Source of the DNA: Lama guanicoe
Taxonomy: Eukaryota
Length of the DNA stretch: 64,000 bases
Assembly (NCBI GenBank): GCA_013239625.1
Contig: MU053792.1
Span: 1 to 64,000, forward strand
Direction of reading: 5' to 3'
Below the pieces are notes generated by a model, which was given only the letters and a program-made list of their open reading frames with translations, made no database searches and was not told where the DNA came from. Every line of letters begins with the position of its first letter. Position 1 is the stretch's first letter. The position numbers and the translations under genes are program-made. Positions 1-12,480 of the stretch are shown one piece after another.

Positions 1-899
1 GGACAAGCCAATTCCATGCAGCTGTGTCAGGGATCTGGGCAGAGGACACTCTGGAGGAGAGTTAACATTGGTAAGTCCTGCTATCACAGACGTCTAGGTG
101 AGGTCAAAGCACACCCAAACAAATAGCTAGAGAGACAGAGCTACAGTTCAAGAAGAAAGTTTGACTTGAACTTCAAGTAATTACTTGAAAGTTTGAATCT
201 GAACAGCTACAGACGGAGAAAACAAAACTTCTTCTTTTTTATATTCATCCTAATACAGGGTCATAGAGGGATGTGGGCCGTGGGATCCTTGTGAGGTCCA
301 GAGCCAGGGAACTGTCAGCATGGTGACAGAAGGAGGGGCAGGACCAGAATATGTCAGTATACTACAAAGTGATACTAAATCATTGAGATAAAATATAACC
401 TTTTGAAGAATATAAGTTTTGTGTGAGCTATAAATGGATTACCAGAGAAAATTACTCTTCTAAATTATGTGCCTTGTCTGGAAGCAGACATTCACTTAAA
501 AATGGAAAGGGTTCCCACAATAATAATCTTACTTCAATAATCTTAATCTAAAAATTAAGTTTAAAATATGAATAAGCTTTCCTTTATATGCCTGTCTCAC
601 CCTATTGCTCTCTGATTTTATACTCAAAATGATAAATTAATATATGATACTTTGAAGAACACTAAATAGTCATAAATCTAGTATAATCCATACTTAATTT
701 TGAAAATTTTGAAAACTTTAAAATTTAAATATGATGATAATTTGTAAGATTTGTAAAGCAGGGAAAATAGAAAATAGAACTAGTTTGAAAAAAATGAAAA
801 TTGAATTGAGACATCAAAGGACATATTTTAATTAGTACTTTAAAGTTAATGAGCTAATAAAATTATTTTTCTAAAGTGCCACAATCATCCTAGACAGGT

Positions 900-1460
900 T
901 TGCACATCTGAACCTTTATTCTCTTGATTCTCCCCTTTCTTCTTTGTCCTTTTCTTAATTCTCCATCAAGTTTTCAATTCTCCCTCACTCTTTGCAGTCC
1001 TTTTTAAGAAATGTTCTATCCTTTACCCATTGATGTTCTTACTCCCACGCTATTCTTGGGAAATCTCAACTGTTCTCAAGTTTTAAAACTATTATCTACA
1101 TGCTTTACAAGCTCAAATCCAAGAGTGGTGTCTCCCTACACTTAGGATAAAGTCATATATCTAACTGGACATGTCCACCTGGAGCCTCTGTAGGTGGCTC
1201 AAACTCAACGAGCCTAACTGTAAATAATATCTATCTATCTCTCTCTATTTTTTTTAAGTCAGACTTTCTCATCCTTCCCTATTTCCTGGTTCATGGAACC
1301 ACTATTTAGCTTCTGTAATCAAAGCCAACTCTCCCCCATTTGTTCCCCATTTATCTTCTAGCTCATATGGCTTCGTTCAACTCCCTTTTCATGATTCTAA
1401 ACATGCTTATCTCCGACCCACGGTTCCTCTCCTTTTCAATTTGAATGGCACTGGATTAAC
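900..1460 (+). mobile_element. Degenerate LINE-2 fragment
   Basis: Pyrimidine-rich with L2-like motifs (tccacctgga...ctcaaactcaac, ttcatggaaccactattt). Highly diverged. Confidence 0.5.
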
Positions 1461-2048
1461 GCAGGACTCTTTTCTTGACTCTAAGATCTGTTCAGATTTT
1501 CAAGACAATTGGATTCCAAGAGTTGGTTTTCTAAGGGCCCTTTTCAAGGAAGTGCACTAAGAAATCAATGATCTGAAACATCCTCTATGTTTTTTCAATT
1601 CCTCTGATCCTATGGCCCTCTGCCACATTTGTTCTTTGGATTTTCAGCTCAGAATCAAACCTGGACACTAAACCTACCCTGTTTGAGAAAAATACATAAA
1701 TATGGTAATTGGATTCACCCAAGAGTGAACCTTTCAAATATAGGTGGGTCTTAAAAGTGCCTAGTATTAATTTTACATGTCACTCCTTCTCCATTTTTCA
1801 GTAGTTATTATAATAAATAACTTAAGCGGGCTATGTCTATTTCCACTAGGGACTTGATTTTTCTTTCCCACAGAAATAAAATCTAATACATATCAACACT
1901 CTTAATCTTTTCTTTCCCCCTCAAAATCTGTATCTTTATCTATGCCTATGTAAATAGATATTGTGTTCTGAGTAGAATTTTCCTGTTGTCTTAAAATCAT
2001 GCTAAGTCCCAAAGTTAAGAACAAAAATCCCTAAATATTCCATAGTTT

Positions 2049-2707
2049 AAACTCAGAGGTCCATCAGTTGTTGGACTAACCATCTTTCACAGGGCTTACT
2101 GAAGGGTGCCATCAGCGAACCTATCCAACCGTTGCCTCACAAAATCTACCTAATAAAATTTTAAAACTGAGGACAGACCTGGGAGTCTTCTCATGGAGTG
2201 TAGCGTTCTTTACAAGAAGCTCCTTCCTTCAGTCTCGTCCCTGTAGCGAGGGAAAGAGTCTGCTTTCCCTCTCCAAATGAAGAGAGAGAACCCAAATAAA
2301 TCACTCGGGAAATGCAGAGCCCTGCAAAAATAGGACACTAGCGCCTTGTTCCCAGGTAGAGAAGTAATTTAACCTTTGAAAACTCAGAGGTCCATCAGTT
2401 GTTGGACTAACCATCTTTCATAGGGCTTACTGAAGGGTGCCATCAGTGAACCTATCCAACCATTGCCTCACAAAATCTACTTAATAAAATTTTAAAACTG
2501 AGGACAGACCTGGGAGTCTTCTCATGGAGTGTAGCGTTCTTTACAAGAAGCTCCTTCCTTCAGTCTCGTCCCTGTAGCGAGGGAAAGAGTCTGCTTTCCC
2601 TCTCCAAATGAAGAGAGAGAACCCAAATAAATCACTCGGGAAATGCAGAGCCCTGCAAAAATAGGACACTAGCGCCTTGTTCCCAGGTAGAGAAGTAATT
2701 TAACCTT
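2049..2707. repeat. 331-bp-period direct tandem duplication (copies 2049-2376 and 2380-2707)
   Basis: Both copies run aaactcagaggtccatcag...gtaatttaacctt. By-eye alignment shows 4 substitutions, all in the first ~105 bp. Confidence 0.97.
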
Positions 2708-2838
2708 CGGACATGTTGACTTGCATTTGGTGCTGGAATAGGGAGAACAGATCTGGAGAGAGAAGGCATGAAGAGGAGTGTGGAGAGCAAGGACATTCCC
2801 TCTCTATCTTGATTTTAAAGAGATCTAAAGTACATGAC

Positions 2839-3650
2839 AGAGGGGTGGAGCCGAGATGGCAGAGTAGAGAGACACACAGCTCACCCTCTCCCACAACCAC
2901 GCCAAGAATTATGTCTACAGACCCACTGAATCACACAGAACACCTACTGAACTCTGGCAGAGTGTCTCTTGCTTCAAAATACAGGAGAATTCTCACTAAA
3001 TTCAGTAAGCAAAAAAAAGAGGAAAAAAAATCAGTGCAGGATCAGTCCTGCAAGGAGGGAGCAGCGTAGGAAGAAAGGCACCCTCATGCTGGGACATCCC
3101 CTCTCCAGCCGGGAGGTCAGCAGGGGCGGAAGCAGAGCTTCCAAGGCTCTGAGGAGAAAGTGGCAGCAGCGCGGCAGACAGAACATGGAAGTGATACGGA
3201 GGGTCCCTATGCTTCAAAAAACAGGAGAATTCCCACTAAATCCAGTAAGAAAAAAAAAAGAGGAAAAAGAAAAAAATCAGTGCAGGACCAGTCCTGCAAG
3301 GAGGGAGCAGCATAGGAATAAAGGCACCCTCACGCTGGGACATCCCCTCTCCAGCCCGGAGGTCAGCAGGAGCGGAAGCAGAGCTTCCAAGGCTCCGAGG
3401 AGAAAGTGGCAACAGCGTGGCAGACAGAACTCAGGGAAAGTGACACGGAGCGTCCCTGTGATCCCCGCCCCAGACGCAGCTGATGGAGATGGGTGAGGAG
3501 CCCGGGGAGAGGGCCGGGCCCCCTGCACAGAGGCAGCCTCAGGGGACTGGAGGGCGGTGTGAGCTCTGGCTGGGGGTGTGTGCAGAACAGAACAGCCTGG
3601 GACCCCCATAAAAAAGGATTGAGCCCCTGCAGTCCGTGACCTTGAATACA
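2839..3650 (+). mobile_element. LINE-1 5' UTR only (3'-truncated), with internal ~240-bp tandem duplication
   Basis: Starts ggggtggagccgagatggc (G-rich L1 start with YY1-like AGATGGC). It is colinear with the 5' UTR of the L1 at 27890 (cagaacacct..tgaact, tgctggga..cccctctcca, gaggtca). GC/CpG-rich. No ORF1 follows. Confidence 0.8.
2971..3459 (+). repeat. Two ~240-bp tandem units (2971-3210, 3211-~3459) inside the L1 5' UTR
   Basis: Both units start gcttcaaaa.acaggagaatt and end cagacagaac...gtga.acggag.gtccct. The repetition is also visible in ORF 2969..3496. Confidence 0.93.
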
Positions 3651-3653
3651 CCC

Positions 3654-4041
3654 TGAAAGGCGTTCAGGGCAGAGATCAGGAATGGGGCACTTTGTGCTCT
3701 TGGAGAACTGGCAGAACAGGCCTATAGAAAGTTAGAAATTTTCAGGAGAAAATTTTGTGGACCCCAATTCTTGCATTTTCCCCATACTTAGGAAAGCACT
3801 AACCATTAGCCATCAAGCATAAACCGTTACCATGGTATCTGTTCCTCAAGACTAGGACCAACCTACTGTGATGTGTGCATTGAGGTGTGTTGCCTGACAC
3901 ACCCCTTTGCCAAAATCACATCTTTACTGACTTTCTCCTTTAAGTGTCTGAAGCAGTTTCTCAGAGCTACATAAGAGGCTGTCACCTAGGCTGTAGTCCT
4001 CAGTAAGACATAATAAACTTGACTCACAGCTTTTACACTGT
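3654..4041 (+). mobile_element. ERV1-class LTR (solo or partial)
   Basis: TG...CA termini, AATAAA at ~4012, and a 3' portion similar to the LTR at 19810-20256. No TSD seen. Confidence 0.7.
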
Positions 4042-5239
4042 ACACTTGTTTTACACTGACAGTTATATCTTCAATTCAATTTTCAGCTTTTGGGTGTGAT
4101 AAATATAACTTGCATATCCCTTAAGACAAAGCTGAATAATCAGTAGGTGTTCCAAAAAAATGCATGGCTAAATCATGCAAATAAGATCTGTTTTATTTTT
4201 TTCAGAATCACTTAGTGTTGCTTCATGCACCCTTTCTCAAAGGTTGGGAAAATGCCCTTGAAGAGTTACTGGTCACAGATCAACAAAGCTATGAAATTTA
4301 TTTAAAAATATTAACTGTCAAAGGATAATAACAATGCTGTGGGCATTCATCTGGCTGACCCACTGACGCATTTGAACTGAGGGAAGAGAGTTCACATTCT
4401 TTATCGACATTCTTTATTGACATTTTGACATTATCTAAATGCCAGAGAGCCAACGTGAGATGTAATGAAATAGACGTACGTAAAACTCTTCCAGCCTCAG
4501 CCTGAGGAAGGCTTACTGATGGAGAGCTCCCTCATTCAATTGTGGGATTATCTGCTAAATTGAAAACGGATTTTAAACTTTCTCCTAGAGGAAAATACTA
4601 GTTTGACGTTCTGTTTCAAAAAAAATTCTTTGCACATGTAAAATGAGAAAATTGTATTGCGGATTTAGCGTGTATTAAAATTAAGTTATCTAAAACATCT
4701 GCAGGGCCTGAAAAGGTATATGGAAATGAACTGTTTTCCAAGTTAATGCCATGGGAAATGACAGCTAAGCTGATCTCTTTTTCACACACTTTTAATGATG
4801 TACTTCTCTTAGGATTTGAAAGAACTTAAGATCTAGCTGCTTTCAACTCTAGGGTACAGAGGAGTCAAAGAAAAATTAGTCCTGGGTTCCGATATGTTAA
4901 TTTGGAAGTAAATGGTGGTTTCATTCATAGGTGCTCAATTTCCATGAGTGGTATTCAGGCAAGTGGGCAGACTTATTAAATGAACAATGTTTATCTCTAA
5001 CCCTTCCAGACTTTCCATTTTCTAACCCGCCCTTGATAATTTCTACAATTTTTATATCTTTTCCTTCTTCCTAAAGATTCTCTCTGAACTTTCATTCATA
5101 TAAATCTATTCATGCTAAATAAATTTTTTTCCTCCATAAACCATTTTGGAGGGTCATTTTAATTTGTGCTTCAGAAGATGGAGAGAGAAATCCATTAAGC
5201 TGTTCTCCACTGAATATGGTTATGAAAGCAATGCTAGCT

Positions 5240-5379
5240 ACCACAGCAAATCACATAAATCAGAGACACATCTCCACTGAATCCTACCCAGACTGCAGAA
5301 AAATGACCAGATAGTTTTTGCTGTTTTAAACCACTAAGTAGTAGGGCATTTTGTTACACAGCAATAGATCACTGGAACA
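5240..5379 (+). mobile_element. MaLR MLT1-type LTR 3' end
   Basis: tgttttaaaccactaag...ttgttacacagcaatagatcactggaaca matches the MLT1 3' terminus. Confidence 0.75.
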
Positions 5380-6171
5380 CAGGAAGATAATGTAGGTGTC
5401 AGGATATTGGTGCGGGGTGAACATCATAGGACAAACATCTATGGGCATGTTGTGTGTGTAAGTACTGCAAACTATATACTTTCAGAGCCAATGAAAAAAA
5501 GATGTGATTGTGTATCTGACATTAACATTACAGACCTTTTAAACCATGTTTTGTCTATGAGGAAATTGATTACAAATGAAGAGACTAGCTATATACCACC
5601 AGTTTAAATTTTGTGACAATTGCTGCCTAAAAATATTCAGTACAGATGTGAGTAAGAATGAAAGCTCTCTTAGTGACAAATAATAAAGGTAAATAAAGAT
5701 TTTAAAAGAATGGGATGATTTCAATGTAACTTTCTATTATGTCTATAGTAAAAATATTTGTATAGATCCCAATGTTTAAAAGGAAAAGGGCTGGTAAATA
5801 ATATCTTCATGCAGTGTGTTTATATATCAACACTCATGAAGTATTTTGAGATATAGCTTCCATATGACAGCTGACTCATATACTCATAGGTAATCACAGG
5901 GGGAGAAAGGAGGAGAAAGGAGAATCTGGGTTTCATAGCCACCTGTGTGTATATGTGGAAACATATGGACATGAGTTGTCTATTTCACAGTTGTATTTAA
6001 CATCACAAGACATCATAGCAGATAAAAACAGCTTACTGAAGTCAATGTGTAGAAACAGTCAGTGATATGAAGCCCCTGTGAAAGTCCCATAACATTGCTT
6101 GTCTTTGATTCATTGTTGAATTATAGAGCTAGATTTTTTCATTCTCAATGTCACCATAGTTGTAAGCATAA

Positions 6172-6241
6172 NNNNNNNNNNNNNNNNNNNNNNNNNNNNN
6201 NNNNNNNNNNNNNNNNNNNNNNNNNNNNNNNNNNNNNNNNN
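6172..6241. other. Assembly gap (N run)
   Basis: N characters. Confidence 1.
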
Positions 6242-7709
6242 AAATAATTTTAGAATTAGTGATCTGAAGAATAATCCTATTAAGGAAAACAATGACCTTC
6301 GCTGAGAGAAGCTTTACTATAATAACCGAGAAAATAACAAATTATGCATAGGTGGCATTGGTTTTTTAAGGACAATTCTACACACCCTGTTTCAGAAACC
6401 TGTGTTACTGAAGCTGACCTGTATGAAATCTTTCCTTCTCAATATTTTTGGACTTTTCCTATCTCCAGTACATGACATCACTTTCATTGTCAATTCCAAA
6501 ACTCTGGTGCAACCCAGATCCCAGGAAGAGGTGAAGGTAAAACAACCAGTTAAAAGCATGTGGGTTTGGGAACCGGGCTCACATCCAGGTGATTCAGTTG
6601 CTCCTTATTCATCTCCAGAAAAGAAAGTTATTGAGGCCAGAAACAGCTTTTTCTTTTAAGGACTCTGGGAGTAGTCTGTACTGGTACTTATAGAACTTTG
6701 GGGACCTGGTTGAACCCCTTCATGTGGGTACTAGTCACACTTCATCCCAGTTGAATCATTTAATAGTTTTGTCTTTAGCAAGCAATTGCAATGATATTTA
6801 CCCTAGTTTGATAGAATTTATAGAATAATTAAATGAGTAAATAATATTAAAAAATACAGCTTCAGAAAATAAATTCTTAATAAACGATAAATACTACTAG
6901 CTAATTTTCATGAAAAGTTGTTCTTTTGTACAAGTAAATTTTTAATAAGTTTAATAAAGTGAATATCAAGTTGTTTTTTACATAATGGATGCAATTTAAT
7001 TTACTGTCACAGATTTTAGTGTAAAAGGTATCAATCACGTGGAAAATATGGAAACTCATAAGGAACAGTAGTGCACTCACTGCTCTGCTTTTTGGTATTC
7101 GTTGTTCAAACACTACAGATACGGGTGACCCTTGGCAGACCATTTCTGATTCCATTTTCTTCCTTCCTAACCCAAAGGAAGTCTTCTATCTACATGCAGA
7201 ACATTATCCTTATGTTTTCCTAAATTAAAAATTATATTACCATCAATGAACTTTTTTTAAAATTACTTTTTAAGACTTGTGTCTTTTTATTGTATAAATG
7301 CTATTCATTGCATAACTGCTTTAAGCCACCTATGAATACATTAGTTAGGCTTAAGAATCTTTCCCTTATTAATGAGCATTTAGGTAGTTTCAATATTTTG
7401 CTATTTTATGCACACCTATTTGTGCCTCATTCTCTTCATTCTTAAAGTGGAAATATTAACAGTACCTCCCTCATAAGATTTTGTGGAGAATAAAATAGTA
7501 CATATAATAATTGTGCTAAATACAAAATAAATGCTGTGTATGTCTGAAATTATAAATAACGCTGCAAGGATCCTCTATGCAATCACCTCCTTGATGTCAC
7601 CTAGAAGATGTAGGAAATGACACCCAGAAATGGACATATGTGGTGTATGTCTCTTCAACTTGAGTTCAATTTTTCAATCTGCTCACCAAAGTAACTGTAC
7701 TATATTATA

Positions 7710-7925
7710 TTTTCAGGATTACACAGATTCTGGCATCAGACTCCCTGAGAACTGGCCCTGTGACCTTGGCAAGATACTTCTCTGTAACTCAGTTTTCCCT
7801 TCTGTCAAATGAGCATAACAGAAATACCTATCTGATTGGGTTGCAGTAGAGATTAAATAGGTTATGTGTACAAAGCGATTGGAACAATGTCTACAACACA
7901 GTAAGTGTATAGTAATTCTTAGCTG
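7710..7925 (+). mobile_element. MIR SINE
   Basis: MIR core: ctgtgaccttggcaagatacttc...ctcagttttcccttctgtcaaatgag...gagattaaatag. Confidence 0.8.
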
Positions 7926-10900
7926 TCAAAACCATCACCAGCAGCAGAGGAAAGTTCTGATTTCTCTACTGGTAGTTGAAATTGTCTGACTTATTTTGCT
8001 ATTTGTTTGCTTTCTTCGTTCTTCTTTCCAAATTGATGGGTGTGAAATAGTATTTATTTCATGTTTGCTTTAATTTGCTTTCCTCTGATTACCAGACAAG
8101 TTAAGTTCTTTTTTTGGAGGTTCCCAACTCACCTTCCATTTCCCACCTCACAGGCAATGATTTTAATCCTTCAACTTTTTGTTCCTGAAACCAGTCCGTG
8201 GCCAAACCTTCTACTTCCAGCTAGCCAGAAGCTTCACTTTATTCTCTTCTCTCTTCTACTCCATGCAGATAATAATTTTTTTTGAATCAAGGTATCTTAT
8301 TTTAATGTTCTCTTTTTATATACATCATATTTTCGTAGCCATCTTATTGCTTTGTGATGGAAGCAAAGGCTTGCCTCCAATTGTGAATTTACAGGCCATT
8401 TTAACTAAATTTTTTTTCCTGGAAAAATAATGTATGTTTCTTGTAAGCAACATGAGAAAAGATGGCAGCCATGACTACAATAAACAAAAGCCATCCATAC
8501 TTCAACAATCAGGAAATATTTCTTAGCACTATTTTTATTTCCATGAAATGTACTCTAAATAAAATTATGTAGATATAAATGGCGCTCCCACAATACCAGT
8601 CTTGTGAATTGTGAAAAAGTGTGTTGTCAGGAGAAAGTTCCTCTTCTTAAACAATTTGATTATGTGATAATAAAATATTAATAAGTTACTCTCTTGATTT
8701 TTAGATCGATTTCCAAAGAAGTTGAATCTTATTATGTATTAAAGGGTGTTACCCCAAAATTGCTTGTAACACGTTCTTAAGCTGGATATTATAATTGTGT
8801 CTATGTAGAAGACTTTTGCCTTAAAGCAACCCTTTAAATTTCCATTCAAAACGAAATGTGAACAATGTTGATTTCATGCATCCATAACCTTCATTGAATG
8901 AACATTCATGGAATGTGTACTAAGTGCCAAAAACATTCTAGAAATGGACTATTCAAAACTGAATAAAGCAGGCAGAAAAAGTCACAGTAGAGCATATAAC
9001 CTAAGGCAGTAATCGGTTGATTTGTAAGAATGCATTCCCCTCCAGCAAACTTTTTGAATGTGCAGCTTCCAAATATATACATTGCCTTATTATAAAGTTA
9101 TATGCACTCACTGTTGTGAAAATATTTTGAGTAAATTATAAAATGTAACTGTTTGAAAACTTCAAGCTGTACAATACTGGAAACTATTATGACACAAGAT
9201 CCAGTGCGTAAAGAGTCTTTTTATGAGTACAGATTCTGCGAGTCATAGTTTCATGCTCAGAAAGAGAGCACAAGTGGATTTTGTAGCAGCTCTGAAGTCA
9301 CTTCAACCCATCGCATCAGTCCCCATCATTGAAGATTTACTGACTACTGAGGGAAAAGTATCTTGCTTTGAATAGTTATAATGTGAAGATCTCAGCTAGA
9401 AGCCTTGGTAATTCCCTAACCACTTGCACAGGGCAACTTACCTACATACCTTAATGAAAAAATAGATACCCTTTATTCTGGTATCCTTCATATGGAAAAT
9501 CTTAGGAACAAGGTGTGTAGCCTTTAATATAATAATAAACTTTGCTTGTCACCCATTTTATTCACTGGCAGTGAAGTAACCAAATGTGGTTTCCTTCAGG
9601 ACTAACTGAGTTATATGACTCATACGAAACTTACACTAAATTGCTTTGTCATTTAATATCATGAAATGGAAAAATTTTTTAAAAATTAACAAAGCAAAGT
9701 CAAAATTTTTACTTATTTTGTAATTGTGACACATAGGCCACTAGATAGAACACAGATGTTCGTCTGGGGATTTCTAAACCAAAACCAGTCAGTGGGAAGA
9801 ACTTTCAGCAGTGAGCTCCCATTTAGAAATGTACAATACACAAGCTTTGCCAATTTCATACAAAACGTAATAAAAGTTCATGGAAGCAGCCATGAATCAG
9901 TCCCATTCGCGGGAAAAGATGAAGGATATTTCCCTTAGCAATTGATCACCCTGAGGGAAAATAAGCAATGAGCATTCAGTTGTCCATGGAAGTAAAGCAG
10001 AGTTGCAAAGGCTTCTTTCAATCTGTAGCACATTACAGCCTGGCTCCAATTTCCACTCCAATGTCTAAGCCCTTCCTATCCATTTGGAGTAATATATTAA
10101 AATGTTTCCACTTCTTTAAGTGAATGAAGAGTCAGTTTCTACAAAGCATGTTACAAAGCTGCTATGGATTTTTTCTTCGCACTTCTCCCAATTCCTGCAA
10201 AAAAAAAAAAAAATTAACATCAGCAGTATACAGCTAAACCACAACCTCTAGAATTTCTGTTTTGTGATTATATTTCAGTCCTGATGCAGATTTAAAGCCA
10301 GACTTAGAGCAGGGACCATCAAGAGCACTTTCTCTGAGATGTACTTACAATGTTGAAAATTTTTATAAAGCCATTTTCTGACTTGACATTACATATTAGA
10401 TGCAGAGTAGAGCATGGCTGAACAATCTGATTTCTTGGAAACCTTAAAAATAAATGAGGATTCAGCAACACAAGTCAGGTTTAAGCTGCTCTAAGCATTT
10501 TGCTGTATTTATTATTGTAATACTTGACGGTGGGTGATGCAAATAGATGGCAAACAGAGCAATGGTATAAAACCACACACAGGACAAGTGCCTGAAAGTA
10601 GTAAAATGCTTCCTTTACTAACATTTTACTGAACTTGCAAACTGAAAGTTTTGAAGTGGCTCAATTTGAAATGGAAAAAAAATTACAGTTAGTAAATCAG
10701 GACGATAATATTAGAATCTGGCTGCATAAAGAAGAATGTTGGTGAAGTCAGGACAAAGGACAGCATTTTTGATTAAACATGAATGCATCGCCCTGTGCAA
10801 TCTCTCTTTGCTTGGTATCGGCGACAATGTGTTCTGCAACTATTATCAATTGACTGCATTTTCCTTATTGAAATACACTTCTTTCTTTCATATAAATATC

Positions 10901-12436
10901 TAGTTAGTAATGAGGGAAAAGCTATTGAAGCATTTCCTTCATTTGCAGTGGAGTTTAGTGAGTGATTCATTCTTCACTGAATACAGCAATTTCCTGGGGT
11001 TCACAAGTGCTAGCTAAAAAGCTTATCCATTTTCAGTCCTCCTTCAGAAAATGAAAGAACTAAAAATTTGTCCTCTGTAAGCCATCTGAAAAAACAGAAG
11101 CACATAATTGACAAATTAGATTCTAAAGATGGAGAGATAATTTATATTTTGTTTATCTACAACTGTTATTTTTCTTTTTTTTAATCATCTTATAAAAAGT
11201 TCATGGTGATGATCCTGTTTCTCTAAGTGTTCTAAGAGAAGAAACTTTAAAAAATTCCAAAACATTCTATTTTTTTCCTCTTCCATGATCCTTTTGTTTG
11301 CCCATATTGAAATGACATGTAATTATGAAATATTTCTTCAGAAAAGAAATAGAACTGTTCTGAATCTTAATGTTCGTGATCTTTTCTTCTTCCCTTTCAA
11401 ATGTCATTTTAGTAGTCAGTCAACACACTCAGAGAATAATGAAGTTCAACTTTTCCTGATTCCCCGATTTGATTTCATAGGTGAATCACATAGGTCTATC
11501 ATCTTTCCAGCACACTGATTTTGAGTCTGCTTCATTGATTTTGGCTTCTTATGGAAATCTGATCAGGTTGATCACTGCAACATTTGTTGTTCTAAATTGG
11601 TTAGGTTATCTCAGATTCTTTCACTCCAAAGTACAGTAGGTCTGGAGCAATAAAGTCAGTACATGAACCCTTGCTTGAATTTATATGAACTTTCTTTTCA
11701 TTTAGTCAGATAAATGACCCAGTCAGAAAACTCCACTTATTTAGAAAAGGTCCTAGAAAAAGTTAAGAAATACATATTTATCTCCATCCATAACCCTGCT
11801 ATTCCTTTTCATAACTCAGTATTTGTCGTCACCTCCCCACCGCCTTGCCCTATGAGCCAATAATTTGGGCATATACCCTTAAAAATCCACATGACTGCCT
11901 TATGGGCGAGCTCCCTTCCTTCTTTGTATCCGGGTCTAGCACCTTTGACTAAGAATGGTGGTGACATCATGAGGTTATTAGGCTTCAAAATTCTGTTCAG
12001 CGGTAACTACTGCCTTATGTTTTCTGAACCATTAGCTTTCAATTGTTGCCAAACCTCTTCTAAACTGGCTTCTCAAAAATCGAAATCTCCTATTTCTAAA
12101 TAATACTCTTTCTTTTTAAAATTTGGTTTCAAACATTTGAGGAAAAAACATTGTGTTCATTTATATTAACACTCAATTCCTAGATACTTAGTATGCACAT
12201 CTTAAACGTGATATAAAATGTGCCTGGAATTAGTGACTTGACTATTGGGAGCATCCTGGTTTGTGTTTATATTTGTCATTATATTTGCTCCGTCATTCCT
12301 AGTGTACTACGAGCTTGCTGACGTAAGGGACTGTGTTTTCAATCTCTTTGTAAACTTGAGATATCTGGCAAGCGTTTTAATAGTGAAGTAGGGGAAAAGT
12401 TACAGACATGTGTTGAATCTTGGTCTTGTTCACTGG

Positions 12437-12480
12437 TGTGTGTGTGTGTGTGTGTGTGTNNNNNNNNNNNNNNNNNNNNN
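12437..12480. repeat. (TG)n microsatellite running into an assembly gap (N 12460-12480)
   Basis: Seen directly. Confidence 0.95.

Noticed and set aside
1..76. Possible exon ending at TTG|GTAAGT (70/71)
   Set aside because: Good donor, but the acceptor side is outside the window and no translation is recognisable.
2713..3651. ORFs of 118, 175 and 124 aa as a possible novel repeat protein
   Set aside because: They lie in the GC-rich duplicated L1 5' UTR. The peptide repeat simply mirrors the DNA duplication, and there is no recognisable domain.
6450..6542. Possible 68-bp plus-strand exon (ctccag|...gaag|gtaaaa)
   Set aside because: Weak donor, no recognisable peptide and no partner exons.
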